From the NCBI RefSeq assembly GCF_006345805.1, contig NC_042999.1, forward strand, positions 9,300,001-9,364,000: DNA of 64,000 bases, read 5' to 3'. The notes under the pieces were generated by a model. The model had not been told where the DNA came from and searched no databases. It saw only the letters and a program-made list of their open reading frames with translations. The DNA comes from Octopus sinensis. Taxonomy: Eukaryota. Of this stretch, positions 1 to 13,917 are shown one piece after another. Position numbers and translations under genes: made by a program. Numbering within the stretch: the first letter of the stretch is position 1; every line of letters starts with the position of its first letter.

Positions 1-394
1 AGATTACATCAGGGTAGGAGAGTGTGCACCCTCTGGTATCACGAGCAGATGGCTTCCAGAGGAGAAGAGTAGAAATTGCCTCGTTTTCAGCTCTGCACTT
101 ACACTAGCTGCAAACTGACGAATTAACCAAATAATGTTTTTTGTTTCCACAAATATTCTTTGTCCTTGTTGGCAAGTTCTCCATTTGTAAACCAGATACA
201 GGCAGAAAGATAACGCAAGAGTTTTGTGTGTGGGGACGTGTGTGTGTGTATGTATTTTGTTTATCTTTACAATGACACATTTTAATCGACTAAAACCTTT
301 CAAAGTGCTGCCTCTGCATGGCCTCAGACTAAAGCTGAAACAATCAAGAGTAAAAGAGAGAGATAGTTCGTGCATCAAGAGTCTCTCGGCATTC

Positions 395-660
395 GCAACA
401 CACGTCCTCCATGGCAGTTTTATACCACTAGACTCGAGCATCCTCTCTTCCGGCCATTGGTTGATGGAGGTTCTTTTTCCTGATTTACCTCTTTTCTGTT
501 TACCATGACAAGATTGCCACAGAAGAACACTAGTTCCTCCTTTTCTTGGAAGAGGTCTTTGATAGTCCTGTGTTGATGCTATGGCATATTTAGAACAGCA
601 CAGATCATTCTGATGTACGTTCCACTAAGAATTTTCTTCATGAGAGTTGTAAGTTTCCAT
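395..660 (-). mobile_element. RTE-clade LINE 3' end remnant (frameshifted)
   Basis: Minus-strand translation gives VLLWQSCHGKQKRGKSGKRTSINQW and, after a frameshift, KTAMED. This resembles the RTE ORF C-terminal pattern VLLWxPxHGKxxRGRP...AMEDR. Confidence 0.55.
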
Positions 661-1081
661 GTTATCGAACCGTAAACTGCAACTCTAAAGGAATCAATTT
701 GTTTTTCCTTTTTGTCTTTTCGCACTCAAAACAAGCCACCTCGGTTCGATTCTTTCACATAAAATCAGAAACAGATATCTTACCGAGAAAATGCAAAATG
801 CATTATCAGTGATCATATTAAAGATGCAAATATCCTCCAACAGATTCTTCATAAAAACATCAATGAAATCGAACGATGTATCAACCGAGTATCTCTCTTA
901 CAACCAAGATGAAACGGAAAACTTGCATCCTCTGTTTGAAGAGAAAATCAAAACAGCAGAGCACTACAAAAAAGTCATATCTCCAATTCAAGAACAATAT
1001 GGAAGGCAAGGAAACCCTAAACTGTTTTGGATAGAATATGGAAATCTTATCTTCCGGGGAATTATATATTATATTTATTCT

Positions 1082-1291
1082 TTTCTACTCTAGGCACAAG
1101 ACCAGAAATATTTGGGGGGGGGGGAGCAGTCGATTAGACCGACCCCAATACACAACTGGTACTTAATTTATCGACCCCGAAAGGATGAAAGGCAAAGTCG
1201 ACCTCGACGGAATTTGAACTCAGAACATAGCGGCAGACGAAATACTGCTAAGCATTTCGCCCGGCGTGCTAACGTTTCTGCCAGCTCGCCA
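1082..1291 (-). mobile_element. SINE family B copy (head GGCGGCGAGCTGGCAGAAACGTTAGC)
   Basis: Matches more than 12 other copies in the window (ttctgagttcaaattcc..gaggtcgactttgcctttcatcc core). Confidence 0.85.
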
Positions 1292-2302
1292 TTGCTTTCA
1301 GTCAGTTTCCTTCAAATAAACTCTACTCACTGGAATATTGGTATAAATACTTATAGTTCCTTGTTATCTGATTCCATTTTGTTCTTTCTCATTTTCCACG
1401 GGTTTCACAATAAACAAAATCCAAAATTACGGAAACTAATTTCCTAATTTCATTTGGTCACATACCTATGACGTGATCTAACGTTTCGGTCTTCATTGTC
1501 ACACATCGATGAGTGTCACATATCGGTGATCAACTATTCGTGGAAGAATCAAGTCTATGATATGGTAATACAGCCGAGATATCGTCATAAATTCATGACA
1601 TATTCGTTGGAGAGTGTCACCTATACTTGACACGATTATATAACCGAGACATGATTATATGTAGGAGACATGATGATATAACTGAGACACAGTCTTAAAT
1701 ATCGAATTTCACCAATCTGTGACATGGGGATAAATATGGGAGAGCGTCACCTCTCTATGGCGTCACTACATGTTCTCAACCCAACAACATCAGACAGGAA
1801 GGACAGCTGCAACACAGAGATATGTAACTGGTAAATCTTTAATTACGTCTCATCTGTTAACATTTTTCAAACATATATCCGACATTTTAGATTGGCACAA
1901 AGCTTCTGAATATTAAAATGTTATGTTGTACAGCCTCCATCCTTCACTTAATTAAATAAACAGATAAATTCAGTAAAATTCTACTGTTACAAAATTGAAA
2001 CTTGTTCGCTTAACAGCATATAGGTTAATTATTTATAAATATCAAATAGGACAACAAAGCATTTAATGCATAAAACCAGCCTAATTTACTTAATTATGAT
2101 GTTGCTATAACGATAAGCAGACTGGGAATAAAATAGTGTTTAGTAGAAGGAAGCAGAGAGCAACATCAATAAAGGACCAGAATATTACATTCACTTCGTC
2201 CTTCATTTTTGTTGTTTAAACTTTATCTCCACAGATTTTCTATGAAATTTAGAGCCAGCACTGAAGGTTACGAATACGTCTATGTAAACAATGTTTATTG
2301 TT

Positions 2303-2685
2303 TTACTTGTCTCAGTTATTTTGACTGCGGCCATGCTGGAGCACCGTCTTTAGTCGAAAAATTGACCCCAGAGCTTATTCTTTGTAAGCCCAGTACTTAT
2401 TCTATCGGTCTCTTTTGCTGGACCGCTAAGTTCACGGGGACGTAAACACTCCAACATCGGTTGTCAAGCGATGGTGGGTGGACAAACACACACACACACA
2501 CTCACTCATATATATACACGTATATACGACGGGCTTCTTTCAGTTTCCGTCTACCAAATTCACTCACAAGGATTTGGTCGGCCCGAGGCTATAGTAGAAG
2601 ACACTTGGCCAAGGTGCTACATAGTGAGACTGAACCCGGAACTATGTGGTTGGGAAGCAAACATTTTATCATACACCCACTCCTG
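2303..2685 (-). mobile_element. SINE family C copy (internal CA/TA microsatellite, 3' ggccacagtcaaatgactgaaac)
   Basis: Same sequence recurs at about 9020, 13728, 17585, 23280 and 24145. Confidence 0.85.
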
Positions 2686-3157
2686 CGCCTATTGACGATA
2701 GAAACGTAGGTTGAGTGTATATACATATTTCAGAAGTCATTGCTCCTCCCTCAGCGCCACATCCGACCCATTAACTATCCACGTATACGTTGCTTAAATT
2801 TCCACCACAGAAAATGTGTAGAAATAGACATAATGTTTAAAAAATGAAAATAGCCCGTTACTAACACAAAGTAGGTTACAGTATTGAGTGGAAAACCTTT
2901 AATATACTTAATAATATTTTATGGCTACAAAACGAAATACGGTGTCACAACCAGCAGTTAATCACTTTGATATATATTTTACTTATTTACATTGAACTTG
3001 ACTTTCAGTCTTTCATGTTCGAAACGAAATTAACAATGACATACAGCCCTGAAATCATCGATAACACTTCTGTTTAATCATTGTCAGGAATCATTCTACT
3101 GACAACTATTTACAAGATTTACCGTTCCTTCGTTCAGTACTGAACAGCATAAACAGT

Positions 3158-3446
3158 GGATGCGCAATGGCCCAGTGGTTAGGGCAGCGGACTCGCGGTC
3201 GTAGGATCGCGGTTTCGATTCACCACAACTTTCTCTCACGCTTACTTCCTGTTTCTGTCGTCCCTGTATTTCAAAGGGCCGGCCTTGTCACTCTCTGTGT
3301 CACGCTGAATATATCCGAGAATTACGTTAAGGGTACACGTGTCTGTGGAGTGCTCAGCCACTTACACGTTAATTTCACGAGCAGGCTGTTCCGTTGATCG
3401 GATCAACCGGAACCCTCGTCGTCGTAACCGACGGAGTGCTCCTACC
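3158..3446 (+). mobile_element. tRNA-derived SINE family A copy with an internal deletion
   Basis: tRNA-like head ggcgcaatggcccagtggttagggcagcggactcgcggtc..ggtttcgatt. Flanked by a 20-bp direct repeat TACTGAACAGCATAAACAGT. Confidence 0.85.
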
Positions 3447-3466
3447 TACTGAACAGCATAAACAGT

Positions 3467-3835
3467 GGAGGCGCAATGGCCCAGTGGTTAGGGCAGCGAA
3501 CTCGCGGTCGTAGGATCGTGGTTTCGATTCCCAGACAGGGCGTTGTGTGTGTTTATTGAGCGGAAACACCTAAAGCTCCACGAGGCTCCGGCAGGGGGTG
3601 GTGGCGACCCTTGTTGTACTCTTTCGCCCCAACTTTCTCTCACTCTTTCTTCCTGTTTCTTGTCCCCGACTTCCTACGCAGCCGCTGAGCCTGGATGTGC
3701 ATTCATCCATCCGTCGATGATCTCGGTGTCGGGGGTTGACCTGCTTTCTCTTCTGCGGGTCTTACGAATAGCAAAGGACCACGTTTCGGACTTCTCCCAC
3801 AAAGATGGGACGAAGACCGCTTCGCTCAACAAACA
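3467..3835 (+). mobile_element. tRNA-derived SINE family A copy with an alternative 3' tail
   Basis: Same tRNA-like head as 3158; ends in (AAAC)n. Confidence 0.8.
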
Positions 3836-4624
3836 AACAAACAAACAAACAACATAAACAAATTAGTTTGGTGTGTTGCTACTATACTTTCTACAAAAAT
3901 ATATTCAAAATGTTGTGTCTGGGGAGAGTCATTTTCTTTTTGTGTCTTATAATTTAACACACTCACCGGTAAAAGACTATTGAAAAGGTTGCAAGAAGCA
4001 ACGAAAATTTTAGGAAAATAGAAATAAAAAATAAGCGGAAATTTTACCGGTGAGTGTGTTAAATAATAAGGTACAAAAAGAAAATGACTCTCCCCAGACA
4101 CAACAGAATATGCTTCAACACACGAACTCATATAAAGAATCTTGCAAACCAAATCCAAAGACGAAATATTCAAAATGTTTTTTTTTAAGATTTAAACAAT
4201 TGATAAGAATAATAATTGTTCGTATCGGTAGAAATAAAACATTTGATAAAGTTTAGATGTCATAGAATATTTTCGTGTGTCCCTGAATTTAGCTGAGGGC
4301 TGACCCCTTAAGTAAAGGGGCTTTCTTTAATGTAATGAGGACTTTGTTAAATGACTGTGGATGAAGTAATTACATTTCCGAGACATAACTCGCTTCTCTT
4401 TGAAGAAAAGATCTATAAACATCATAATTCGCCTTCCTTTCATGGCATACCATAACGAATTCAATGGATAGGCGTCGTTTTTTTTTTCTTTTTTGCAACA
4501 CGTCTTCTTATTCCATATATTTATTCTACAAGACTGCCTGAGTAGATTTTTATGAATCATTACTTGTGTATGCGTGTCTAATTTTGAAATGCTCCAGCTG
4601 GTTCCCAATTCTTAAAACTGAAAG

Positions 4625-4930
4625 CACGTGACTTAGTGGTTAGGGTATTCGGCTCATGATCGTAAGCTCAGGAGTTCGATTTCTCGTGATGTGTTGTACC
4701 CTTGAACAAGACACTTTATTTCACGTTGCTCCTTTTCTTTCAAATATAAGTAATATCTGTATTACAAAGGACCAGTCATGTCACACTGTGTGTCACGCTG
4801 AATCTCTTTGAGAACTACGCGTATCTGTGGAGCTCTCAGCCACATGCACGTTAATATCACTTGCAGACTGTTCCGTTGATTGAATCAACTTGATTGTATC
4901 AACTTGAACACTCGTCGTCGTAACTGACGG
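4625..4930 (+). mobile_element. tRNA-derived SINE (family A-related), diverged
   Basis: A-box/B-box-like head gtgacttagtggttagg..gagttcgat; shares the gtcacgctgaatctc..cgtcgtcgtaac body. Confidence 0.75.
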
Positions 4931-5923
4931 AGGATCAATTTAATTCTTAGAACTACGATTATACTCTCCGACCTCCTAAGTTCGTTAGACATTCATAGTA
5001 TCGAGGCATGGAAGTTATCTTGTTTTCTCTTGAAATATTAAAATATATGCCATTCATGCATAATTTGCCAATTTATTTATTTGTCGATAAAGTTAATTAT
5101 CTCTCTTTTGTCTACATAAACTGTTTTGTCAGCCAGAGTTAAGAATCTACCACAGAGACAGAAGCGAACTCTTTACAAACCCACGGTTTTATACTCCTCT
5201 TTATATGGTAATCTCGATTCTGTTCTCATTCTTTCTAAACGAAATCAATATTTTTTCCAATATGTTCGTCACCATTTTGCTTTTTATTTTATTACATTTT
5301 ACTCATTATTTTATTGATCCTGTCTGTCGTTAATGCGTCTTGACTTAATGACCGAGTGGGAAAGTTGTCCAATTCCTCGGTCAAAAGGTGACAGATTTCT
5401 TTAACATTCTTGACACTCAGGCGTTCCCCCTCAGTCCACTCGTGTGAAATTAGATTTGATTGAACGAACCTGTCAACAGCATGGTATCGATCGCCTAGTA
5501 TCAACCCACCTCCCCTCCGTACACACAATTCCATGCATTTGAACTAATTATTTCATTTCAATTCAATCTCAAACAGCGTCGTCCTTGCATTTATCTTCAT
5601 TTGTTTGTTCCGTTTCGTTTCGGTCTTTCTTCCTGCGGTTTAAAGAGTTAGAAAAATGTTTTCAGAGTCGTAGAAAAGATGTTGTTTTTTAGGATGAGTG
5701 CTTAATATTGCGCCCGTAACCAGGACATTTTCCCAGAAAGATCAATGCTGTCCAGTTGCAAAAAATACAGCATTGGTAATATGAATGAGCATTAACAGCT
5801 GAGAACAGTAGATTCAAAATATTAACTGCGGTGTTGAGCCTGGGAAAATATTATTTTATTTCATTTAAATTGAGTGAATGGAAATAATCTCGTTGATAGT
5901 AGTGTGTCCTGTTTTATGTTAAA

Positions 5924-6321
5924 CTAGCAGTATCGCCCGGCGTTGCTCGGGTTTGTAAGGGAAATAACTATATAAGCATTATTAGAGAGTTATAGCCAAA
6001 AAATAGCAAAAACTGCATTAAAAATGGGAAAAAAATGATGGTAATTTTTTTTTAAATCGTTGACTCATCGTAGACAATTTTAGAGAGTTACTTCCCTTAT
6101 ATAATAGCGAAAAAAAATGCATTAAAATGGAAAAAAATTATGGTAAATTATTTTTTAAATCGTAGACTCATCGTAGACGCACGCTAATACCCAGAAGGGC
6201 TCGATATGAATCACGACTATAAGATACCCGGTTTTGGTTAAACTGCACCGCAAAATGTGGGAGTAGTTAGGAATCTAAATCATAGGAGACAGACACACAA
6301 CTTCTCTTTTATATATAAAGA
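5924..6321 (-). mobile_element. Non-autonomous Helitron
   Basis: On the minus strand it starts TCTTTATATATAAAAG and ends with hairpin CCCGAGCAACGCCGGG then CTAG followed by T. A related copy lies at 27720-28115. Confidence 0.75.
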
Positions 6322-6945
6322 TAGATGTGTGTCGATTAGTTTTTCTAATCATCATTTAAATTATCGACAAAACAAACGAGTCAAGGGGTATATAAGTTTT
6401 TAAACCGGATTTCACATTAATCCTAATTATGATCAGCACCGTACAACAATACTTTTAAAGATATTCTGTTGTCAGAGTAAACTCTGTTTTAACGAAGGTT
6501 AGTCAGTTTATAGAAAACCATTAATGCTTAACAAACGCGTTTAAATTCGTGAGACATATATGAACGAGATAGAGATAGCAGCATCCAATAAATGTTTTAA
6601 TATTACTATAAAATTGGGAAATTGATTTTACGTTGGATCGATATATTGATACGACTTTTACAACCCTGATATATGAAACGGCCCTGATACAGGGCCATTC
6701 CATATATTGGTGAGAAGCAGGCATCATGCTCCGCTTGAAGTGTATAATGTTATATATGGTTTTCACATTAGTAAGTAAGAATATTCACCAGCCAGGAATG
6801 AGGATGAAACAATTCAAGATTTGGCAAAAATAAAATGAATTTTCATTATTGTAGAATATTTCATCAATCAGTCGATCTATAATTTACCCATGTATTTTGG
6901 TGTCTATTTATTTCACGTCACACATACGCATGTAAATACATACAT

Positions 6946-6949
<4 letters not shown>

Positions 6950-7034
<85 letters not shown>

Positions 7035-7050
7035 CAGAGAGAGAGAGACC
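6950..7050. repeat. Compound (CA)n(TA)n(GA)n microsatellite
   Basis: Read directly from the sequence. Confidence 0.95.
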
Positions 7051-7543
7051 GTAATCTAGCGGTTCGGCAAGAAGTGACCGATAGAATAAGTACTGGGCTT
7101 ACAAAGAATAAGTCCTGGGGTCGATTTGCTCGACTACAGGCGGTGCTCCAGCATGGCCACAGTCAAAAGAGAAAGAGAGAGAATATATATATATATATGA
7201 GAGAGAGAGGGAGAGGGGGGACATACACACACCTACCATATTTTATCTTTACATACGTGTGTGTGTGTTGATTGTTCGAAGCGCTGTACATTTAAAATGA
7301 AAAGAAGAGTTAATCAAGATTCGGATAAGTTATTTATTTATTTCTCTCTCTTCAGAAATTCATCACGAATCCTTAAATTGATAATTTTCTCAAATCCTGT
7401 GTTTGCAGAGAGAGACATAAAAACATATATATTATCTGTGTGTGTGTGTTTGTGAGTCTGTATGTGTGTGTGTGTGTTTGTGAGTCTGTATGTGTGTGTG
7501 TGTACACACACACTCACACACACACACACACACTCACACACAC

Positions 7544-7544
<1 letters not shown>

Positions 7545-7620
<76 letters not shown>
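7545..7620. repeat. (AGAT)n microsatellite
   Basis: About 19 perfect tetranucleotide units. Confidence 0.95.
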
Positions 7621-7816
7621 TTGGCACGAAACGTAAAAGACTTTCACACTTTCCCGAGAGACAAACTAACACACTTGCTTATTGTTCATACACCTGTCTT
7701 CGTCTTTTGTTTTCCTGTAAATTTCAACTATACATATAGCCGAAACGCTAAGTCACGGGGACGTAAACACACCAGCACCGGTTGTCAAGGGATGTTGGGG
7801 AGGGGGACAAGCACAG

Positions 7817-7873
<57 letters not shown>

Positions 7874-7936
7874 ATATATAATATATATATATAAAAGACG
7901 GGCTTCTTTAAGTTTCCGTCAACCAAATCCACACAG

Positions 7937-8989
7937 TATATATTCATTCAATCTATTTCAAATTGTCGAAATTCTCCACAATATACAAAGATGCGTTCAC
8001 ATATACGAGACATGATAAAAATTCATAAGAATTTATAAATCTGTACATACAAATTAAAGATGCACAATAAAGAATGCAGTCTAGATTGGTCTATCATAAC
8101 GGAAACCACACCATATAATACACACACTAAAAATTGCAATTTATGCGCAAAGGAGGCGATCCACAAACTCCGGGCCAACAAATAAGATATCTGATGTCAT
8201 AATTACCTGTGGACATAAATATCTTTCAACTTTTAAATTCTTCCCCCAAAATAATTAACCTGTAGGATTTTAATCTAATCACCCTCATATTATGGACTCA
8301 TCTTAAAATACCATTATATATAGCGTCGTAATGTACCTTATCCTGTCTCTTTTATTCTAGTTATATACAAAAATAATAAAAATATAAATAAAGAAATACT
8401 TTTATTCAATTTGTATCATCCGCTTGAAAAGTATGGTCCGACTAAACATTTGTTTGTTTTAAAATTCTCAGGTCTTTCGTATTTCTTAAAACATTAACGA
8501 CTTTTTGAATCCCTTAACTCTGATGAGAGAAGTATAGATAATTGCTAGGGTTGGAGTTAGCTCACCCATACCAACCTTTATCTTCCCGAAACAACCGTAA
8601 AACTTCGTATTTATTCAGGATTCCTCTTGAATCATCCTAACTTTCTCATCTACCCTCCTCATTGATTCTAATACGGACATTCAAACCTCGTAAGTACATC
8701 TATGTTTTTATATTTATGTGTTTACACTTTTATGAACATTCATATATTTATAAATCTTCGGATTTTTATAAATGCTTATATATTCTTACGAATTTTTATC
8801 ATGTCTCGTATATGTGAACGCATCTGTATATATTGTGGGGAATTTCGACAATTTGAAATAGATTGAATGAATATATACCCCGACCTCTGGAATTTGCTTC
8901 TCTTCTTCTTAATTTTATATTCCTGACGCTCCATTAGAGCGCTAATTGGTTGAGCTTTATAGAGTGGATAACAATACCATTTACTCCTT

Positions 8990-8992
<3 letters not shown>
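7937..8992. mobile_element. Probable Penelope-like terminal-repeat remnant with internal inverted repeat and decayed hammerhead motif
   Basis: 7937-8040 is an inverted copy of 8765-8877. CTGATGA at 8520-8526 and GAAAC at 8588-8592 enclose a long hairpin. The element ends in (TA)n. Confidence 0.45.
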
Positions 8993-9024
<32 letters not shown>

Positions 9025-9470
9025 TGTCATTTGATTGTGGCCATGCTGGAGCACCGCTTTTAGTCGAACAAATCGACCTCAGGACTTATTCTTTGTAAGC
9101 CTAGTACTTATTTTATCGGTCTCTTTTGTTACGAGGACATAAACAAGTCACCATCGGTTGTCAACGCAAGCACACACACACACACACGTACATATATATG
9201 CGACGGGCTTCTTTCCGTTTCCGTCTACCAAATCCACTCGCAAGGCTTTGGTCGGCCCAAGGCTATAGTAGAAGACACTTGCCCAAGGACTGAACTCGGA
9301 AGCATGTGGCTGGTAAGCAAGCTACTACTAACCACACAGCCACTCTTGCACATATATAAAATTAACAGAATGCTAATACACGACCTACGTTAGACTCCTA
9401 ATTCATATCATTACCGAACCTGGAGCTTAACCATAGTCTGTCCATAGCATTTATTCAGCATTACCTGACA
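8730..9470 (+). repeat. Local segmental duplication, copy 1 (copy 2 at 13450-14190)
   Basis: About 740 bp shared, including unique flank and a SINE C copy with the same diagnostic deletions. Confidence 0.9.
9020..9350 (-). mobile_element. SINE family C copy
   Basis: Similar to the other family C copies. Confidence 0.85.
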
Positions 9471-10198
9471 CCTTTGGGTCTCAATGACACCATTACCTCT
9501 CATACCTTATATATATGCGCACATACATAATACAAAAATTTCCTATGTTAATGCCCGTATATGCACAAAACCAGACGAGTCTCACTCCTAGATTATATCC
9601 GAAAAGTCTTGTTACTTTTCTTCGACCAATTAAAATGTGACTCTAGAATCCAGTCGCCGCACCTTTTTGATAGTTTGAGTTGCACTTTAAGAATAACAGT
9701 TTATTTATAGATTTATTTACCAAATCATTTTATTTAATATCGATTTTAATTTCTTCTTACTTTTACGGCGTTCGCTTTATCCCCCAGATAGATCATACAT
9801 CGTTGAGACACACAAAAAAAAAAAATATTGGCGATATTCTGTTATTTCAGTTATGCGGAGTTATTTCCCTTGAAATTTTCTCTATATATATTTTTGTATT
9901 TCCTGAAAATGAGAACTTCCCGAGTTATGCCCCTTAACAATGAAAACGCCTGTTTTTCTTTTTTTTTCTCCCCCTTTTATCTTTTATTTGTTACTTATTT
10001 CAGAATTTGGATTTTTGCCATGCGGAAGCACCGCCTTGAAGAATTTTTAGCGAAATCAATCGAACCTAGTACTTTGTTCATTGTTTAACCTCGAACTAAC
10101 TTTATCGTCCTCTTTTTGCAAAAACCGCTACGTTTCGGGAACGTAAACACACCAACACCAGTTAAACAGTCATGGGGGACAAACATACACACACTCAT

Positions 10199-10240
<42 letters not shown>

Positions 10241-10251
10241 AGTGTGTATTA

Positions 10252-10490
10252 AAATCCACCCAAGATTTGGCCCCCGTGCTATCTGCCCACTACAAAAATC
10301 GAACTCGGGACACATAACTTTACGTCACAACTACTTTACCTCAACCGATCCAGCTCTCTTTGATACCATACCAAAACAGGTCAAAAGTTCACTGCACAAA
10401 TTTCTTCAAAAAATCCTGGACCAACCTCCTACACCCGGATATGTCTCCAACAATAACTCTTTGCTAGAGTGGGCCCTGGTGCCCCATATA
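10252..10490 (+). mobile_element. CR1/L2-like LINE 3' end remnant
   Basis: Translation ..HNYFTSTDPALFDTIPKQVK..KFLQKILDQPPTPGYVSNNNSLLEW resembles the post-RT C-terminal tail of CR1/L2-group ORF2. Recognised from memory, not searched. Confidence 0.5.
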
Positions 10491-10789
10491 TGACTAAAAG
10501 ACTTCGCCAGGTGGTGCTATTGAGTTAGACATGGCCTGGGCCTGTTCCGTCAACGAAATCCACTCATAAGATCATAAGGCTTTGGTCGGCCCCAGGACGC
10601 TTGCCAAAGGTGCCATGCGGTAGGACTGAACCCAGAACCACACAGCCATGCCGATACATCTATACATGTAGCTTTACACTTGAAGAACAATGTTCTTTAT
10701 TGTCGTCATTGACACCTTTTAATTCCATATTGATTTCAGGCTTTTATTAGTCTGAGACGAAGTCAGCAGACATTGCTCGAATGTTCATA

Positions 10790-11275
10790 CATACACTTAC
10801 AAACACACGCATTCATTTCTACATACATACATGCACACTTACACACATTGATTTATACATACATGCACACGCGATTACAAACATACACCCGCTTACAAAC
10901 ATGCACACGTGTACACAGTGCCGCACACATGGGTACGCAAACAGGTGCACAGTCATTCATACATATGCATACACACACACAAACTACTCTTGGAAACACA
11001 CATACACACACTCATACATTCATACACACACTCATATATTCATACACACATATACATTCATACACACACACACACACATTCATACACACACACACATTCA
11101 TACACACATAGTCATACACACGCACACACTCACGTACACACACACACATTCATGCATACATGCTCATACACACATGCATACATACAAACACATGCATACA
11201 TAAACACACATGCATATATACATACACACACATACACACATGCATACATACTCATACACAAACATGTACGTACGT
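10790..11275. repeat. Degenerate (CA)n/(CATA)n low-complexity tract
   Basis: Read directly; it generates the H/T/I/Y-rich spurious ORFs. Confidence 0.9.
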
Positions 11276-13449
11276 ACGTATGTCCTGACATATTTTCACC
11301 CAGACATGACATAAATTATTCTGCAATACAACATGTTGTTAATATTTCCCCGTCATTTCTATAAAATCTCTTTTCATTTCTGTTTTTTTTTTTCTGTTTT
11401 CTTTTCTACTTTTATCCGATTCCTCTTGAAGAAACTTAATTATTCGAAAAATACAGTTCCTGACATATTTCATCTCAACTTTATCCACAAATTTCCTCAC
11501 GTCTTCTTTTTTTTCTTTTTTTCTTCCAATTTTCTTCATTAGCTTCATCTAATTTCATGTATTAACGTTACCGAAACCTAATAATTACTACCTACTTGTC
11601 TATAATACCAGTAATTATCGGTCGAAAATCTTCAGAACTTGGAAGTTAAATTAAAATCTTTTTGTTTGAAGCTAAAATTATCCAAGACATTTTATTATTT
11701 TGTTTAAACATTCTGTGAGATTAAATCCCGTTTTATTAAATTCTATTTGTTCCATTAGGAGTTCTGTTCCACCGTCTGAGAATGAGTTTCCTTGTATTCT
11801 CTATAAGCAGCCGACTTCAATTCCCATGATGTAGTTATTTCATGTTGTTGGTCCCCTCCTCTTCCTCATCCCCCTCCTCATCCTCTTCTCCGATTATGTC
11901 ATTTATAATGGCATTTAATGTCTCTTATTTTTTTACACCTCGAAGGAATGTCGATATGCTTCGTTTTTTTTTATCCAAGAATGCATTTAACGCGCAAAAC
12001 AAAAGAGAATCGTCAGAGACATCCAGAGAAAGTCAGAGACAGAAAAAATGAAGAAATATAAACTTTTCACAAATCTGACATAAAACAAAAAAAAAATTGT
12101 AATATTTAATCCGGAAGGACGTTTCCTGTTTTGTCAAAAATCGATTCTGAATGAGTTTGTTTTCATGTTTTTCTCTCCTTTGCTCTCTCTCTCTCTCTCT
12201 CTCATTCTGGATTTCGTTTTTCTTTTACTCTATCACAATAAGTCAACACATCTGATATAAAAAGCACTTTTTTCTTTTTAGATAAATTGTCCCAAAGTGT
12301 CACCTCGGGTTTCGTATGCGAAGTTAAGCCAATTTAACTTGAAGCCTTTTGTCCTTTTTTTTTTCTTTTTCTTTTTGCCTGATTCTGAAAACGGGGTGCG
12401 TCTGACATATCCTGGAGTCTTTAACGCCACGAATTACTGTACATTTCGAAAGGCAGAGAGAAAAACCAAGTTTCTATGGTGTTCCGAGGTTTTCTCAGTC
12501 AAATGGAGTCACTACAACTTGCTTATGGATCGGCTCAATGAACACTTCATTCTTCATCTCGTTCGGAAACAAATTTTAAATTCTTTCGATTCCACCATTT
12601 GGCCAGTTTCTTTTTTTCTTCTTTTTATAGATAGCTGGAATGTCGTATTCGTGCCTTCTTCAATAACGTTAGTGATGTACATGAAGTAAATTTACTTGAA
12701 CAGAGAATTAACATGAAATAGTCTCAAAGAACTCGACTAGCTGCTCTTCATGTTATGAATATTATTAGATTGTTTTATACCGCAAGTATTATATCGATTA
12801 TATGATTGGTAAAGTTATAGTTCTTCCGATCGAATGCGTTGTCAATAGGGAAGAAATAATCCTGAATCCAATTGCTTGGATTCCAATATAACAAAGGAAT
12901 CGAAAGACAAACTAAACAGCATCCGGTGAACATTGAACATAATCAGAATGTTATGCAAATGATCAAACTTTCGCAATCTATTTAAATAAACAAAACAAAC
13001 AAATTTTTAATATTTTATAAATTTTCTTTCATTTATTTTTGCTTTTTCTTTATTTCAACTTCCTGATTTAAATAACTAGAATTTATTGCGGGTATAGAAT
13101 TATTGAAAAAGAATAATCCTGCCCAACTTAATAATTCTTGTATTTATATTTCTAGATTCTTTCGCTTACATTCTTTAACAAGCAAAGTTTTATTGATTCT
13201 TTTTTTTTTTGTCTACATTGCTCACGGCTCGTCACTGTGTAATTATCAATTTTCGAAAGTATTTCCTTCGTTCGCTAAATATTTATATATTTTTCTTATT
13301 TTATTTTCATTTGGGATTTTTTTTAAAAATTGAGTTATTTTCATATTTGCAATATGCCAGAAATAACAATACGAGAGAAAATGTTAATTATTAGAACTAC
13401 CATTCTTATAAGAACAACCTTGAATATAATTTAACATCACGTAATATTT

Positions 13450-13877
13450 TATGAACTTTTATATAATTATAAATCTTCGGCTGTTTATAAATGTTTATAT
13501 ATTCTTAGGAATTTTTATCATGTTTCATATATGTGAACGCATCTATATATATATTGTGGGGAATTTCGACAATTTGAAATAGATTGAATGAATATATACC
13601 CCGACCTCTGGAATTTGCTTCTCTTAATTTTATATTCCTGACGCTCCATTAGAGCGTAATTAGTTGAGCTTTATAGAGTGGATAACAATACCATTTACTC
13701 CTTCAATATATATATATATATATATATATTTGTTTCAGTCACTTGACTGTGGCCATGCTGGAGCACCGCTTTTAGTCGAACAAATCGACCTCAGGACTTA
13801 TTCTTTGTAAGCCTAGTACTTATTTTATCGGTCGCTTTTGTTACGGGGACGTAAACAAGCCACCATCGGTTGTCAAC

Positions 13878-13917
<40 letters not shown>

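Noticed and set aside
740-1060. 100-aa ORF region, possibly a PLE post-RT linker remnant
   Set aside because: No diagnostic motif; the resemblance is too vague to call.
3158-3230. tRNA-like sequences here and at other SINE heads
   Set aside because: They continue directly into SINE bodies and lack a complete cloverleaf, so they are SINE heads rather than tRNA genes.
8920-8955. CCTGACGCTCCATTAGAGCG (also near 13636), a possible decayed hammerhead
   Set aside because: Both the GA of the core and the GAAA are absent; only the hairpin remains.
10773-11364. 112-151 aa His/Thr-rich ORFs
   Set aside because: Translations of (CA)n-type low-complexity DNA.
11830-11930. Acidic minus-strand peptide ETLNAIINDIIGEEDEEGDEEEE
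   Set aside because: A short purine-rich stretch with no usable splice acceptor and no partner exons.
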